IMG/VR virus record: IMGVR_UViG_3300029309_000297
Location: 1-26,598 of that record
Source of the DNA: a virus
Lineage: Duplodnaviria; Caudoviricetes
DNA: 26,598 bases
Strand: one strand, 5' to 3'
Numbering within the stretch: position 1 is the first letter of the stretch; each line of letters begins with the position of its first letter. The position numbers and the translations under genes were made by a program. The notes under the pieces were generated by a model that saw only the letters and a program-made list of their open reading frames with translations, was not told the origin of the DNA and searched no databases. Shown one piece after another: positions 26,295-26,598 of the stretch.

Positions 26295-26598
26295 TGTTGA
26301 CCCCTTTTTTTGTTGTTGTTGTATTTCCGTATGGTTTTGTGTCATCAAAATAATTTTGAGTTTTTGTTTCATCAAAATATAACTCGCAATCTTTTTCATC
26401 TGTTAAATCATAACCCGAATATGTTGCTAAAATATAATCAGCAATTAACTCGGGACGTTCATCACAAAGTAATTTAATTTCGTCTTTATCCATTGTTTGA
26501 ACTAACCCGTTTAAGTCGCTTAAATCTTTTGGTGTTGTTGTATCCGAATTATGCTCGTTCCAAAACTCACTATCATAAACGGGTTTTTGTTGAACTGA
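26284..26598 (-). CDS. C-terminal part of a gene truncated by the window edge (acidic tail)
   Basis: The frame of the listed 69-aa ORF stays open to base 26598 (SVQQKPVYDSEFWNEHNSDTTTPKDLSDLNGLVQT-MDKDEIK...). Its stop overlaps the amidoligase start. Confidence 0.7.
   Translation of the reverse strand, partial: SVQQKPVYDSEFWNEHNSDTTTPKDLSDLNGLVQTMDKDEIKLLCDERPELIADYILATYSGYDLTDEKDCELYFDETKTQNYFDDTKPYGNTTTTKKGVNNAK

Noticed and set aside
26295-26399. N-terminal 35 aa of the listed 673-aa ORF
   Set aside because: It overlaps the upstream gene, and ATG 26294 has the same SD cassette as the next junction.
26284-26493. Stand-alone 69-aa acidic Ocr-like DNA mimic
   Set aside because: The frame is open to the window edge and there is no clear SD before 26493, so it is more likely the tail of a longer gene.
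24146-26598. Host chromosome flanking a prophage
   Set aside because: No att site or integrase is visible, the amidoligase family is common in phages, and terminal-repeat landmarks explain the boundary. Not fully excluded without reads.

Overview
AT-rich (about 30% GC by eye) segment of a T7-like podovirus (Autographiviridae-type). It is most likely a marine phage of a low-GC alphaproteobacterium such as Pelagibacter/SAR11, but the host is inferred only. Bases 1-23551 are a plus-strand late module: portal, scaffold, major capsid, tail tubes A/B, four internal virion proteins (the largest with an N-terminal pesticin-like muramidase), three tail fibre/appendage proteins, about 11 small membrane or basic genes, then terS and terL. 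The non-coding stretch 23552-24145 matches the T7 concatemer junction: AAAAATCTGA-N7-TCT, then CCCCC, then ATCTGTT. This predicts a ~175-bp direct terminal repeat at ~23852-24026. Beyond it, the presumed first-injected left end carries a minus-strand operon: a partial upstream gene, an amidoligase-domain protein and a small ORF. This left end has a sharply different DNA signature. It holds 13 exact copies of the quasi-palindrome AACYCGTT in 2.5 kb, in both orientations and all reading frames, and it has no GATC or GGAG/CTCC. Other signals: near-total avoidance of CATG and GCWGC, a tail module with a different avoidance signature, a blue-copper-like motif in the tail fibre, and an A9 run just after the muramidase domain.
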